From Cercozoa sp. M6MM (lineage: Eukaryota > Protista > Endomyxa: Ascetosporea), in NCBI GenBank assembly GCA_040357565.1, contig JBDODJ010000079.1: a stretch of 48,104 nt of DNA; one strand, 5' to 3'. Below the pieces are notes generated by a model that saw nothing but the letters and a program-made list of their open reading frames with translations, searched no databases and was not told the DNA's origin. The translations under genes and the position numbers were made by a program. How positions within the stretch are numbered: position 1 is the stretch's first letter; each line of letters opens with the position of its first letter. This document shows, piece by piece, positions 23,457 through 36,800 of this stretch.

Positions 23457-24964
23457 TTAGTAACTGTCCGAGCGGAGTCCCAGGTGGAGCCGTCGCTGTT
23501 GCACCAGTTCGCGCAGCGTGTCGTTGACGGCGAAACTGACTCCAACAGCCAGAGGACCCTGTTTTTCGGGTAACACAAGGGTAAACTTATATTTACACTG
23601 CGTATACCTACATTCGAGTAATCGGGTTGGGGAACATTGCAAGATCAGCACCTTAATCCAGTTGAGCGAAACGCCCTTGAACAGCGAGCGTACTCCCTCT
23701 GTGCGTGCAATGTGCACGAGCGACCGGAAGACGCCGTGCGATGCCGGGTCCGCGTGCACCTGAAACCGTCTACGAACCGAGTCGAGTGCTGTGTCGGATT
23801 ACGCGAATATCAAACAGAAGAAACCAGGGAAAGCAAGCAATACGATAGGTCACTGTCTGTGCGCAGAGACCAGCAAAGCCGCCAAACACCAGTCTGTACA
23901 AAAATAGATGTCCTGCACCCGACATGCCTTAGTCTCCATCCGACGAGATACCTGGCATGCGTGGGCACATACTGCTCACCATCGTAGTAGCGATGCTTGA
24001 GTGTATGAAACACAAAGAATGACGTGCCTGCCAGAGGCACCACTCCCTGTGCGGTGCAAGTGTAAAGGAATCAAAGTAGGAGGAGCAGCCAGTAAACCAG
24101 CAGAGTCGGCCACATGCCCTTCCACAAGGCTGCGGCGCCTTCCTTCCGCCAGATACTCGAGGCGGCGTGCAGAATACCGCTGAAGCGCGGGTGCTGGTGC
24201 CTCCTGTCTGCGTGTTCGAACACTCCCTGCCCGTGTGCGTGTGCGTGCCCATGTGCTGTGTGATGTGTGTGGGTGTCAAAGTGCTGCGTCGCCATGCGTG
24301 CCCGTAGAACGTCGAGTGGGTACGTGCACACTACCGACAAGGCACCCGCCGAGGCACCTTTAACATTATTCGCAATACCAATTGCTCCAACACATGTGGG
24401 ACACGTCTAGATACCTGCCACGAAGCGAGACAGTTTCGGCGACCTGTCGGGCAGGTCGAAGTGTCGCTGCAGCTGCGCCTGCGCCGCGTCGAACGCCGTG
24501 AACTGCACGGCCGCATACGGCACCACTCGCAGCATCATGGCGCCGTTGCCCTGTACAGATTGTTCCACCCAACCACCTAAGACTCCCCCGCAAGAACACA
24601 GAGTTGCACCCTCCACAAAGCCTTCACGCCCTCTGTTTGATGAATCGCATGTAGCGTACGATACGCATTGCGCAGCGAGAACGTCTTAGTCGATGAAACC
24701 TAAAGAACACGCTTGCTAGACTCCCACACCATCAAAGGGCCAGGTTGTACCTGAAACAGAATCTTCACTCGGTCCAGCGGCGCTGTTGTGGTCTGAACAT
24801 TGTGAGGTCAGAGAGCGGGCAGTTCGGAAATAGACACGGGGGACCTTTGCCAACGCCCCTGCGCAGCCGCCGCAGAGAAGCCTATTAACTTCCAGTGCAG
24901 AAACAAACTGACGGAAAATCGAGAAAAACACACACCTTTCGCCAAGTGAGGTGTCGTCGCCCAT
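23457..24964 (-). CDS. Mitochondrial carrier (SLC25), SLC25A42/SLC25A16-like CoA transporter subfamily
   Basis: Spliced: [111 protein letters not shown]; carrier Px[DE]xx[KR] signatures present. Confidence 0.92.
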
Positions 24965-25359
24965 CGACCGAAAAAACCGGATTATTTTTCGACCAAAGGT
25001 CTCTCCCGCCAAATAGCACCGAGCCAATCGGAACCACTGAAAACGTACTTGTGGTAGTTTCACGCGTGTGAGTCTACCCAAGGGCACGGAGGAGGTCGTG
25101 TCGCGATTTTGTTTTTGTGCGTCAAAAAGTGGACGGTGCTTCTCGTGACCCTGGCGCCTGTTTTAGCAGGCCGAGAGTTGAGTGAGAGAGCTTGGACATA
25201 GCACGGGTCCCAGACGTCGTGTGATCGGCCGACTTGCTCCTCGTGGGCGCGTTTCGCCGTTTGGTACTTCTGGCTTCTCAGATTACAACATGATTTTCTT
25301 GTTTTTCTCTGTCGTCGTGCCTGTGTGGTCGAGTGACCGTCTGTGAGTGCTTGAGCAGA

Positions 25360-27795
25360 ATGCAGGACGACGAAGATGCCGAGTTGCAGGTCGCGCAAGT
25401 GCAATCGCTAGTAGAAGCAGCGTTAACAAGCATTCGGCATGCGTAAGTTTGTTTTGATTGTTTACCAGACCAACCAGAGGATTGAGATATGCTTGACTTG
25501 ATTGAACTGAACGCAGTCACGGAAAAGGCGAGCAAGAGATTGACGAGGCGAGTTTCGCTGTTCGACTGGTACCATCGAGATATTGTTTCTCTTGGCATGT
25601 GTCCATCCGTTAAAAACAGGTGTTCGCCAAGTTGACACTCTTGCTGAAAGAAGAGGTGAGCGAGAACACAAAACAGTTTCTGTTACGAGTGAAAGTGCGT
25701 TTCTGTGGGGTCGTAAATCAAGCAAACCTGTGTTTCTCGACAGACGTTGTACAACGATGAAGTTCTGGCCGAACGCGTCGCCATGGACGTTGCGCCGCTG
25801 CTGCAGCAGCTGCAGCAACTCTACCGCAGTGCAGGTATGTTTTGCCCCCCCTGCCTTTCTAGCTTAACCTTCTATCCTTGTTCTGTGTCACTTTGTCTTG
25901 TTCTTGTTACCCTGGACCCCTATGGCCTATGCCCCTTTGAGATTGGGTGTTCACACGGACAGGTGACGCGTGCTACGACGTGATGTGGCGCCGCGAGTCG
26001 CTGCTGTGTCTGATGGCGATACTAAAGTGCGAGCGGCAGGACTTCATCACAGGTGCCTTCGTTGACTTATGTGCTCTGTGTGGTCTCATGTGCTTCCACA
26101 GACATCGTTGGCGGTATCAACACGATGGATGACATCGAAGATGATGGTATATGCTCTCATTGTTATCTACCAGGTTACCTCCTCCCCTGCTGGTATACAG
26201 GCTGCGTATGGCGCACGGTGTCGGCGCAGTTGCAGCACTCCCAACGCGCGTCGCACTGGCTGGCATCGAATCTCTTGCCGACCGAACTTAGTACTTTCTA
26301 TCTCTCTTCTGCATTTACTGACTGGAGGGCTGTGTGTCTACCTGTGCCAACAGACATGGACACGGTGCATCCGATACACTTGCTTCCGCGAACGACTGAT
26401 ACTCTGGTCTGCTTGAGTGCACTGGTTGTGGTATGTACCGATACTCTGATACACTTCGTACCAACCCGACACATCCTGCTTGCTGGGTGGGTGGACAGGC
26501 CAAACGAAGGACGCAAGCCTGGTCGCTCATTCTGCCGATGAGTCAACTCTGCCTGTCGAGCGAGTTCTCTGAGGTAGTCTGCCACTCCCTTCACCTTTCC
26601 CTATCCCCTGTCTACTTATACCCCTGTGTTGCACAGTCGGTGCCTCTGCAGCAGTGGGTGGTGACGCTGCTGGTGCTGTCGGGCGCACTGTCACTGTGTC
26701 TGCGCGGACGGCAGGGTCAGGACGCACTGGCCGTGGCGCACGTGGTGTTGCGCAACCTGCTGCAACCGAACAAGAACTCATTGCGCGAACTGGCACTGTT
26801 GCTGCCCGACGGTGCTCTGCCACAGACACTGGACACGGTACAGTGACCTTCCCCGGGACACTTGTACCCTTGTGGGGCAGCTGGACATGTTGTGCATGTG
26901 GGTGTGGCTACAAAACTCAGGCTCAGCCGGTGGCCGAGTGGTTCAAGCGGCAGGTGCACTCGCTGCGCTTCTACTCGGCCGTACAGCAGCGACTGCAGAC
27001 CAATGCGACGCTCGATGACCTGTACAAATGGACCGCACAAATGGACAGCTGTACATATGGACAGCAGTACAAATGGACTGCTGTATAAATGGACTGCTGT
27101 ACAAATGGACCGGTGTGTATGTGCGTGCAGAGTCGACTCCACGACCGATGCCGAGCTGAGAAACGCGCTGCAGCAACTCATGAATGAACCGCCTGTGCAG
27201 GCACTCACTGCCTTGGTAGCTCTTTCTACCCCCCTGTTTACCCCCCTGTTTACCCTCCCTGTTTACCCCCCTGTTTACCTCCTGTTTACCCCATTGTATG
27301 TGTGTGTCACGACGTGTATGTGTGTGTTGTTAGCATACGCACATTCAGCAGTTGTCGGCGCAACTGCAACTCATCAAAAATGTAGCTCCCGTGATCTTAC
27401 CCCCCCCTTGACCCCCCCTTGACCCCCCTCTTGACCNNNNNNNNNNNNNNNNNNNNNNNNNNNNNNNNNNNNNNNNNNNNNNNNNNNNNNNNNNNNNNNN
27501 NNNNNNNNNNNNNNNNNNNNNNNNNNNNNNNNNNNNACCCCCGTTTCTCATGAGCAGACGCATGGACACCCTCTGGTGTTCTTCATGCGTCATTTGATCG
27601 GTCTGGTTGTGGCCGAGGTAGCCTGCATGTTGTTTATCCCGCTGTCCCCATTCAATCCCCCCATTCAAAGACACAAAGCGACGCCGACATCGACAACTTT
27701 GGCACACTCATCGAAGTGGCATCTGAGCAGGCACAGCTGGTACTTGTGTCCGTGTGTGTGTCCATGTGTGCGTCCACATGGACCTGTGTTTGTCC

Positions 27796-27870
<75 letters not shown>

Positions 27871-30800
27871 ACACGGACCTGTGTGACAGATGTGGCAGAC
27901 CACGTGGTGCATCGGGCCTCTCGTACTGCACCGCCTGCTGTGCCTGCGCCGCCAGTCGCTCACGCAGCGCATCGCCGCACTCACGTGGTACCCCTTGCCT
28001 CGTGACCATCCACGTGACCACCCACATGACCACCTACGTGACCACCCATGTGACCACCCACGTGACTGCCTTAAATGGTCACTCACTGACTGACACATGT
28101 GCGCAGGATCGGCGACTTCTCGCGACTGCTGCTGAAGTCGGTGCTCTCTCTCTCCTCTCTCTCTCTGTGTCTCTGTCTGTGTGGAGTGGTCGCTTCTCAC
28201 TGCCACGTGTCTGACTGGTGTGTGAGTGAGTGAGTGAGTGTGACCTGACTCGACTGAGTGGTACCATTTGCCACGTGCACAGCCGACGCCGCTGGTGCCG
28301 TTTTTGTTCGCCGAGGCTCTAAGTCGCGGCGACCTCGTGGGCACGCTGTTTGGTGGTACCTCTTGCCTCGTGCCGAGTGGCACGTGTCTCACTGAGTGAC
28401 TGGGTGACTGAGTGACTGGGTGACATGTGACCGAGTGGGTGAGTGACACGTGTCCACTGCGCAGAGGTGCACGCGCAGCTGGTGCAGCGCGCGGCGGCGC
28501 CACTGGCGCTCATGTCGCTGCACGGACTGCTGGAGCGGCGGCACGTGGCCACGGTGCTGGCCGGTGCCACGAGTGATCGGCACGAGTCGCACGTGCGCGG
28601 CCTGCTGGACTGCGTGCGCGACACGGTGCGACTGGTGTGCCAGGCCACGCAGACCGCGCGGCCGCACGCGCAGCGCACGCGCCTGCTCGAGAGTGTGCTG
28701 GCCTGCGTGTTTCCGATGGATCAACCGATCGATCAGGTGGACAATCAAGTGGTCGATCAGTCAGATCAGGTGGTCGATCAGTCAGATCAAATGGTCGATC
28801 AGTCAGATCAAGTGATCGATCAGTCCAGTGACCACAGCGATCACTCACAGATGCAGCGCTTCGCCGTGGACCTGCTGCCCTTCTTGGAGCTACTGCCGCC
28901 GCCGCGCGCCGCCGCCTGGACCGCGCGCTTCGTGCGTTTCGCCGCGCGCGCCGTCGCTTCCGCGCGGACGCTCTCGGCGCGGCGGCAGCTGCGACGCCAG
29001 TTGCTGCGGCACGCGCCGTCGCACCCGGCTGTGGTTTTACCCCCCATCTTACCCCCCCATCTTACCCCCCCATCTTACCCCCCATCTTACCCCCCATCTT
29101 ACCCCCCCACCTCCACCATCTTACCCCCATCTTACCCCCCCCATCTTACCCCCCATCTTACCCCCCACCTTACCCCCATCTTACCCCTCCCCATCTTACC
29201 CCCATCTTACCCCCCATCTTCCCCCCAGTTTACCCCCCATCTTACCCCCCAGTTTACCCCCCTCCCGCAGGTGCTGCAGTTGGCGACAACGCTGTGTCAC
29301 CAGGCGCATCGGCAGCTGTGCGCTCTCCTGTCGGACGGTGTGTGCACAGAGGGAGACGGTGACACTGTGAGTGAGGAGGACGACGGTGACACTGCGAGTG
29401 AGGAGCACGTGCTGTACGGTGCCTCGGTGGCGCTGTCGCTGCTGTCGCTGCTGCCGTCGCACGTGGCCACGTGGCAGTCGCAGTGCCCGGCACGTGCGCT
29501 GCTGGCGCTCTACCTCTACGTGGTGCCTGCGTTTCACCCCCCTGTTTACCCCCCTGTTTACCCCCCACTTTACCCCCCCACTTTACCCCCCACTTTACCC
29601 CCCACTTTACCTCCCCACTTTACCCCCCCTATACCCCCCACTTTACCCCCCACCTTACCCCCATCTTACCCCTCCCCATCTTACCCCCATCTTACCCCCC
29701 ATCTTCCCCCCCGTTTACCCCCCCTGTTAACCCCCCTGTTTACCCCCCTGTTTACCCCCCTGTTCACCCCCTGTTTACCCCCCTACCCCGTGCCCCAGAA
29801 CGGACGGTCCGAAGGCCAAGTCGCAGCTGTGCCGTCGCGCGGCGTTCACTCTGCTGCGGCGACTGAGTGCGCACGTGCCGCCTCAGTCGCACGTGCTAAG
29901 TGACGGTAGGTCACGTGCTCTCTCTCTCAGTATACACTGTGACGGTGTGATCGATCAGACGACCCGGACGAGTGGTGGCGCCTCTTTGTTCTGGGCGGCG
30001 GCGACCTGGAACGCTCCGTGCAGTGCCTGCGCGACGTGCTGCTCGAACTCGAGATGGGCGGTTTACCCCCCTGTTTACCCCCCTGTTTACCCCCCCCCCC
30101 CGTTTATCCCTTGTTTATCCCCTGTTTATCCCCCAGTTTTACCCCCCTGTTTACTCCCCTCTTACCCCCTCTTCACACCTATTTGCCTTCCTATTACCCT
30201 TCCTATTACCTTCCTATTACCCTTCCTATTTACCTTCCTATTACCCTTCCTATTTACCTTGCTATTTATCTTCCTATTCACCTTCCTATTTACTCCCTAT
30301 TCACCTTCCTATTTACTCCCCTATTTACTTCCCTATTTACTTCCCTATTTACTCCCCTATTTACTTCCCTATTTACTGCCCTATTTGCCCCCTATTTACT
30401 CCCCCCATTAACCCTGCCCGTGTGCCCGCAGAGAGGCAGAGTGCGACGCGGCAGTGCGAGGCCGTGGGCCTGCACAACTTTGGCTGCACGTGCTACATGA
30501 ACGCGCTGCTGCAGCAGTTGTTCCACACGCGCCGCTTCCGCAACACGGTGCTGGCGCTGCGGCCGAGGCAGCTGCTGCGACACCTCGCGTCCGACGAACT
30601 CTCCTGTGGGCTTGTTTAGTAGATACAGTACATGTGTATATTCAGTGTATATGTATAGTATAGATGTATAGTATAGATGTATAGTATAGATGTATGTATA
30701 GTATATATATAGTATGTATAGTATATTGTATAGATGTATATATAGTATATAGTATATGGTATAGGTATAGTATAGTATAGAGTGTATAGTAGAGGTATAT

Positions 30801-33800
30801 ACAGTTAGATGGATATATACCTATACACTATTTAGATGGATATAGTATAGTATGGGTATATACAGTTAGATGGATATAGTATAGGTATATACAGTATTTG
30901 TATAGTGTCAGTTAGTGTCTGTGTATACTATTTGTATAGTATAGTGTGTATATGTATTATAATAGTGTATGTGTATATGTATACTGTATATACGGATATA
31001 TTATAATATATACATATGTTTATGTCTCTCTATGTATATGTACCTCTTCCCTCACTTTACCCCCCCCCCCGTAGCGACGGAGCAGTTGTGGAGCACGCAG
31101 TTGCAGCGCGTGTTTGCGCAGCTTTTCGCGTCGGTTCGCCGCTACATTCGACCGACGTCGCTGTGCGTTTCTCCCACTCTCAAGCGTTTCCTGTGTTGCT
31201 GTGGACTTGATATGTGTGTCCGCGCGGACAGAGTCAAGGTGACGAAACGCGAGGTGCACAAGCAGGAGGACGCGCACGAGTTCTTCTCGGAACTGCTGGA
31301 CCATGTGGAGGAGGAGATGTCGCACGAGTCGCCGGTACTTTCAGCTTTGGCTTTTTGAAGCTTTTGCTCGTGAAAGCTTTTGCTTTTTGCTTTTGCCGAA
31401 TAGCTTTGCGCTACTGTGTGTGTTAATGTGTGTTGTGTATGTGTATGTGTGTGTCAATGTGTATGTGCAGGAGTGGAAGCAGGCAGTGGGCGCTATTTTC
31501 GGCGGTGAGTTTTCCAACGAACTCATCGGACGGTACGTTTGGCTTCTCTCTTTGATTTCGAAATTCCCGCTTTGATTTCGAAATTCCCGCTTTGATTTCG
31601 AAATTCCTGCTTTGATTTCGAATTCAAGCTTTGATTTCGAAATTCCTGCTTTGCTTTTCGAGGAAACTGCTTTGATCAACGATGCTCACGTATGCACACA
31701 CAGAGGAGGAGGCTGTACGCACAAGAGTGACCGCAAGGAAGAGTTCCGTGCCATTCCACTCGAGGTAGCTTGCAGCTTTTGCTTGTAAAATAGCGTTGGT
31801 AGAGTGAAAGCTGTGAGAGTGAAAGCTGTGATAGTGACAGCTTTGAAAGTGATAGCTTTGAAAGTGAAAGCTTTGAAAGTGAAAGCTTTGAAAGCGAAAG
31901 CTAAGTGAAAGGTTTGAAAGCGAAAGCTAAGTGAAAGCTTTGAAAGTGAAAGCTTTGAAGTGAAAGTGACAGGAAAGTGACAGCTTTGACTGAGTGTGCA
32001 GTTGCGACCGACGCTGAAGGAGTCGCTGGAGGCACTGGTGCAGGGCGAGCTACTGGACGGCGACAACTGCTTCCGGTGCGACGAGTGCGCCAAGCCAGTG
32101 CCGACGCTGAAGCGGCAGTGCATACACCGCCTGCCGCAGACGTTGGTGCCTCATGTTTCTCCTACCTTTACCCCTCCTTTAGCCCCCTCCCCTCCCTTTA
32201 CCCCCTTCCCCCAGGTACTGACACTGAAGCGGTTCACGCTGAACTACCAGACGATGTTGTCGGAGAAGGTGCACACGCGACTGGAGTACCCGCAGGTAGT
32301 GTCTACCTGCAAGACGCTAGATACTCGAGATACACTAGGTGTCCCTCAGGAACTGGACATGCGTCCGTACACACAGGCGGCACTTAACAGCACGGACAAC
32401 AGGGAGGGCAGTACCAGCACAGAGGACAGTAGTGCCGACAGGGAAGGCAGTTTGAACAAGGAGGAAGGCACGTGCCAGGACAGGCAGATGTACCGTCTGA
32501 CGGGCGTGCTGACGCACAGTGGTATCGCCGGCGGCGGGCACTACTACTCCTACGTGCGACGGCACGACGACACGTGGCTCCTCTTCGACGACCGGCGCGT
32601 GCTGCCGGTCTCGCTGGAGGAGAGTAACCTATGCGATCACTCTGCGATCACTCTGCGATCACTGGTCGATCACTCTGCGATCACTGATCGATCACTCTGC
32701 CTGTGTGTGTGTGTAGTGAAAGAGGGCACCTTTGGCGGCCGCAAGAGCAGCGGCGAGCCGCGCGTCTACTCGGCCTACATGCTGTTCTACACGCGCGTTG
32801 CCGACGCTGCCCACGTGCCCAGTGGCAGTGACAGTGACCACATGTGCACTGACCACGTGTCCACTGACCACGTGTCCACTGACCGCGTGTCCAGTGACAG
32901 TGGCCACGTGTGCACTAGCGATGAGGGCGAGCACGTGCGCAAGCGACGCCGACTCATGAACGGCGCCGCCAGCTGTGATCGCGACGGACAGAAAGACGGT
33001 GATCGCGACGGTGATCGTGACGGTGATCACAGTGACCACAGCGATCAAGACCACAGCGATCAAGAGGAGTCCGATCAGACCGCACCGTCGCTGGCGCGAG
33101 TGCTGGCGTGCCGCGCCGTCGACGACGTGCTGGTAGCCACCTGTACCCATGCAGAGTGACCACGTGGCACCCGCCCACTCCACTGGCACGCTGTGCGATC
33201 GGCACGTGTGTCTCAGTGTGCGCACGTGTCTCTCAGTGTGCGCACGTGTCTCTCAGTGCACGTGTGTCGGTGTGCGCAGGGCCTGATGCCGGCGCGACTG
33301 CGAGCGGCCGCGCGTCGCGCCAACGCGGCACTGCTGTACCGAGCTCTGTGTCATAGTGACCACCCCAGTGACCACCCAGTGACCACGTGACCACTCAGTG
33401 ACCACCCAGTGACCATGTGACCACCCAGTGACCATGTGACCACTCAGTGACCATGTGGGGGTGTGTGCAGACAGCGGCGCGTGCAGGCGCACCCGTTGTC
33501 GCTGCAGGCGCTGCTGGCGGCGGTGCGGCACGCGCTGTCGCACCGTGCGTCCGCGCGGCAGACGGTGCGCGCACTGCAGCTGCTGCACGTGCTGCACACG
33601 GTGCACCACGTGGCCGACCGAAACAACAAGGAAAACAACAACAACGGCGACAACAACAACGGCGACAACAACAACAACGGTGCCGCGCTGAGCGACTGCG
33701 CCGCCGCGTGGCAGCACTGCGTCGGCCTGTCCGCGCGGACGCTGCCGACGGTGCCGCAGGTGGCGGCGGCGCTGCTGCTGGCGCCGCTGATATCCGACGG

Positions 33801-36800
33801 TGACGGTGGTACCGATGATCCCGGTGTGACTGATGCCACTGATGATACCGATGATGACGGTGAGTTCGACCGTCTGACGCGACTGACGGTGCTGTGCCGC
33901 CTGTCCGCGTCCGAGGTAGCTGTCCCCCTGCCTCCTTGCCTTAACCCCTACCCCTTTACATTTAACCCCCCTCCCCCCCCCCCCCGGGACAGGTGGCCCG
34001 GTGGCTGCCGGAGCGAGGCGTGCTGGCACGTTGCGTGCGACGGTTGCTGCAGCAGCTGGGCAGTGAGACTGACAGTGACACTGACGGTGACACTGACGGT
34101 GATCATTGGAACTGGGATCATCGGCACTGGGATCAGCGGCAGTGGCACCGTCACCCGGTGCTGCACGTGCTGCGACAGGTGCGCCGACTGGTGGACGCGC
34201 GCGCACTGTCGCCGGCGGCACCGTCGGCCTCGGTGTGTCTGGGTGCTGCGCGACGGTTCGACGGTGTCTGCGTGGTACTGACGGTGTTGTGCGATGCCGT
34301 CGCACTCACCGATGATCCCAGCGACACCGTCGGTGACTCGGATCGGCACTCCGATCACTCTGGGCATCAGTCACGACGACACGTGCTGCGCGGTCTCGCC
34401 GTGGCGCTGCTGCTGTCGCAGCTGTGTCCTGCCATCGGTTTTACCCCCCTGTTTACCCCCCTGTTTACCCCCCCTGTTTACCTCCCTGTTTACCCCCCTG
34501 TTTACCCCCCTGTTTACCCCCTTGTTTACCCCCCCCCCCCTTTTAACCCCCCTTGCTCCCTCTTGCCCCCTCATACTCTCAGTCTTTACCCTCTCCCCCA
34601 GGTTCCTTCCTGTCGGTGGACTCGGTCTTCCTGTCCAAGCACAGGTCGATACCTGCTGTGTAAGTCGCCTTTAACCCTCTACACCTACCCCTGTACCCCT
34701 ACCCCTGGTAGCAAGAAGTGGAGACCGCAGGCACTGGTGGCGCACCGCGTGCTGACACTGCTGGCCAGAGTGCGCGAGCTGGCACATGGTACTACCACTG
34801 ATCACTCATGGGTGACCACGTGTGAGTGAGTGAGACCACGTGTGTCAGTGAGACCACGTGTGTGCGTGTGTGGGTGAGCAGGACGACTGCGCGAGGTGTT
34901 GCAGGCCGAGCTGCTGCAGTGCTTCCGTCACGTGCCGGCGCAGCTCGCGTTTTCCGAGCTTCTGCAGGGCCGGCGCTACGCCTCGCGGCTGCGCCGACTG
35001 CGACTGCTTGACACTGACACTGACGGTGCCACTGACGGTTCTGCCACTACTGATACCGACGGTGCCACTGATCGATCAGTCTTCCTGGGCGGTCATCTGA
35101 CCACGTGGCTGCGTCTGTGCGCCGAACTCGCGTCGCCGCTGCCACTCTTTGAGGTATCACCCTGACCACGTGACCATCTCAGTGACCATCTCAGTGACCA
35201 CGTGACCACCTGAGTGACCACCTGAGTGACCACTCAAGTGACCACGTGACCAAATGTGCAGGCACTGGTGCGCACGGCGGTCGAGCAGAACGAGTGGCCG
35301 CTGCTGCACATGCTCGCTGTGCAGACTGGTGCGTGCTTTACCCCCCCCTGACTGAGTGACTGGTGACTGGGTGACCACGTGTGCACGTGTGTGTGTGCAC
35401 GTGCGCAGTCAGCATGGACGGTGTGTCGGAACTGACGCAGTCGCTGCTGACGGTGCTGTCGCAGGCGCGGTCCGACCACACTGCGCACGTGGACGACGGT
35501 AGCCGCTCCCTTCCTACTTGGCACGTGCCTCACTTGGCACGTGGCTTACTTGGCACGTGGCTCACTTGGCACGTGCGTGTGTGTAGTGCGAGCGACGGTG
35601 CGACGGTGCGCGATGGGCGAGCTGCGCCGGCAGTACTACCACTGGCCGTTGGCGCGCGAGCTGCTGCAGACTCTGTTCGCGTGCACGGTGCGTTTCTCCG
35701 CCGACGGTGACGGTTCCGCTGATGGCAGTGACGGTGACACTCTGGACGACCCCAGCACCCGTACCACTTGTCTAATATCAACATATCTATATGTATCTGT
35801 ATCTATATCTATATATCTTCTATATAGATCTCTATGTACGTATTTTAATATATATAGAGATGCCAATACGTATATATATATATATGATATATAGATATAC
35901 TAAACATGTATGTTCTGAACATATATGTATATATATATACCAATAGTTACCTTTGCATACTGATATATATAATGTGTGTACATGATGCGTACAGCACTGT
36001 CGCCGCTGGAGTGGCAGGCGCTCGTGCGGTGGATCGCTGCCTCCGTGCCCTACGGCTGCGATGGTAGTTTTACCCCCCCCCCTGGCTACCCCTACCCTAC
36101 CCTACCCTTCCCCTCCCCTCTCCCTTCCCTGGGACAGGCATGAGCGACGAGGTGCAGCTCAAGACGGAGAATCCGCAGTTCCATGTGCATGGCGAGCGCG
36201 TGTCTTTCTGGGTACCTTTCTCTCTGGGTGGTCACTGACACGTGCTTTCTGGGGCTGGTCACTCTGGGTGGTCACCTGCCCAGTGAGCACGTGTCACAGG
36301 GTCCAACCTCCCCCTCCCCCACTGAGCACAGGCCGAGCGAGCGTCGGTGCTGCGTCTGCTGGCGCAACACTGCATGTGCCGTCCTGCCGACTCGCAGGTC
36401 GTCCTGGGTGGTACCTTTGCACACGTGACTCTATAGTCACCTGGCACGTGACACCTGGGTGGTCACCTGGGTGGTCACCTGGGTCAACTTGGCACGTGCG
36501 CAGACTGGCACACGGGCGAGTTGCTGCGACTGTGCCGGCAGGCGCACGTGCGCGCACTGGCGCCGCGCGCCCACCTGTCCGAGGCGGATGCGCAGGACGT
36601 CTTCCGCGCGGGCGCGCTGTCCGCGCTGACGCCGAGAGGTGAGCGGCTGGCGTCCGCGCGGACGTCGGCGGTGCTGGCGCTGCGGCAGCTGGAGGCACTG
36701 GCGCCGCTGCTGACGGCCGCGCGGATCGCCGCGGAGACTCTGGAGAAACGCCAGTGTCTGACTGACGGTGACAGTGACGGTGTCAGTGACGGTGATCGCA

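Noticed and set aside
29035-29798. TTACCC-type arrays as interstitial telomeric repeats
   Set aside because: The unit is TTAC(4-7) with variable spacers, not TAACCC or TAAACCC, and the arrays are bounded by splice sites.
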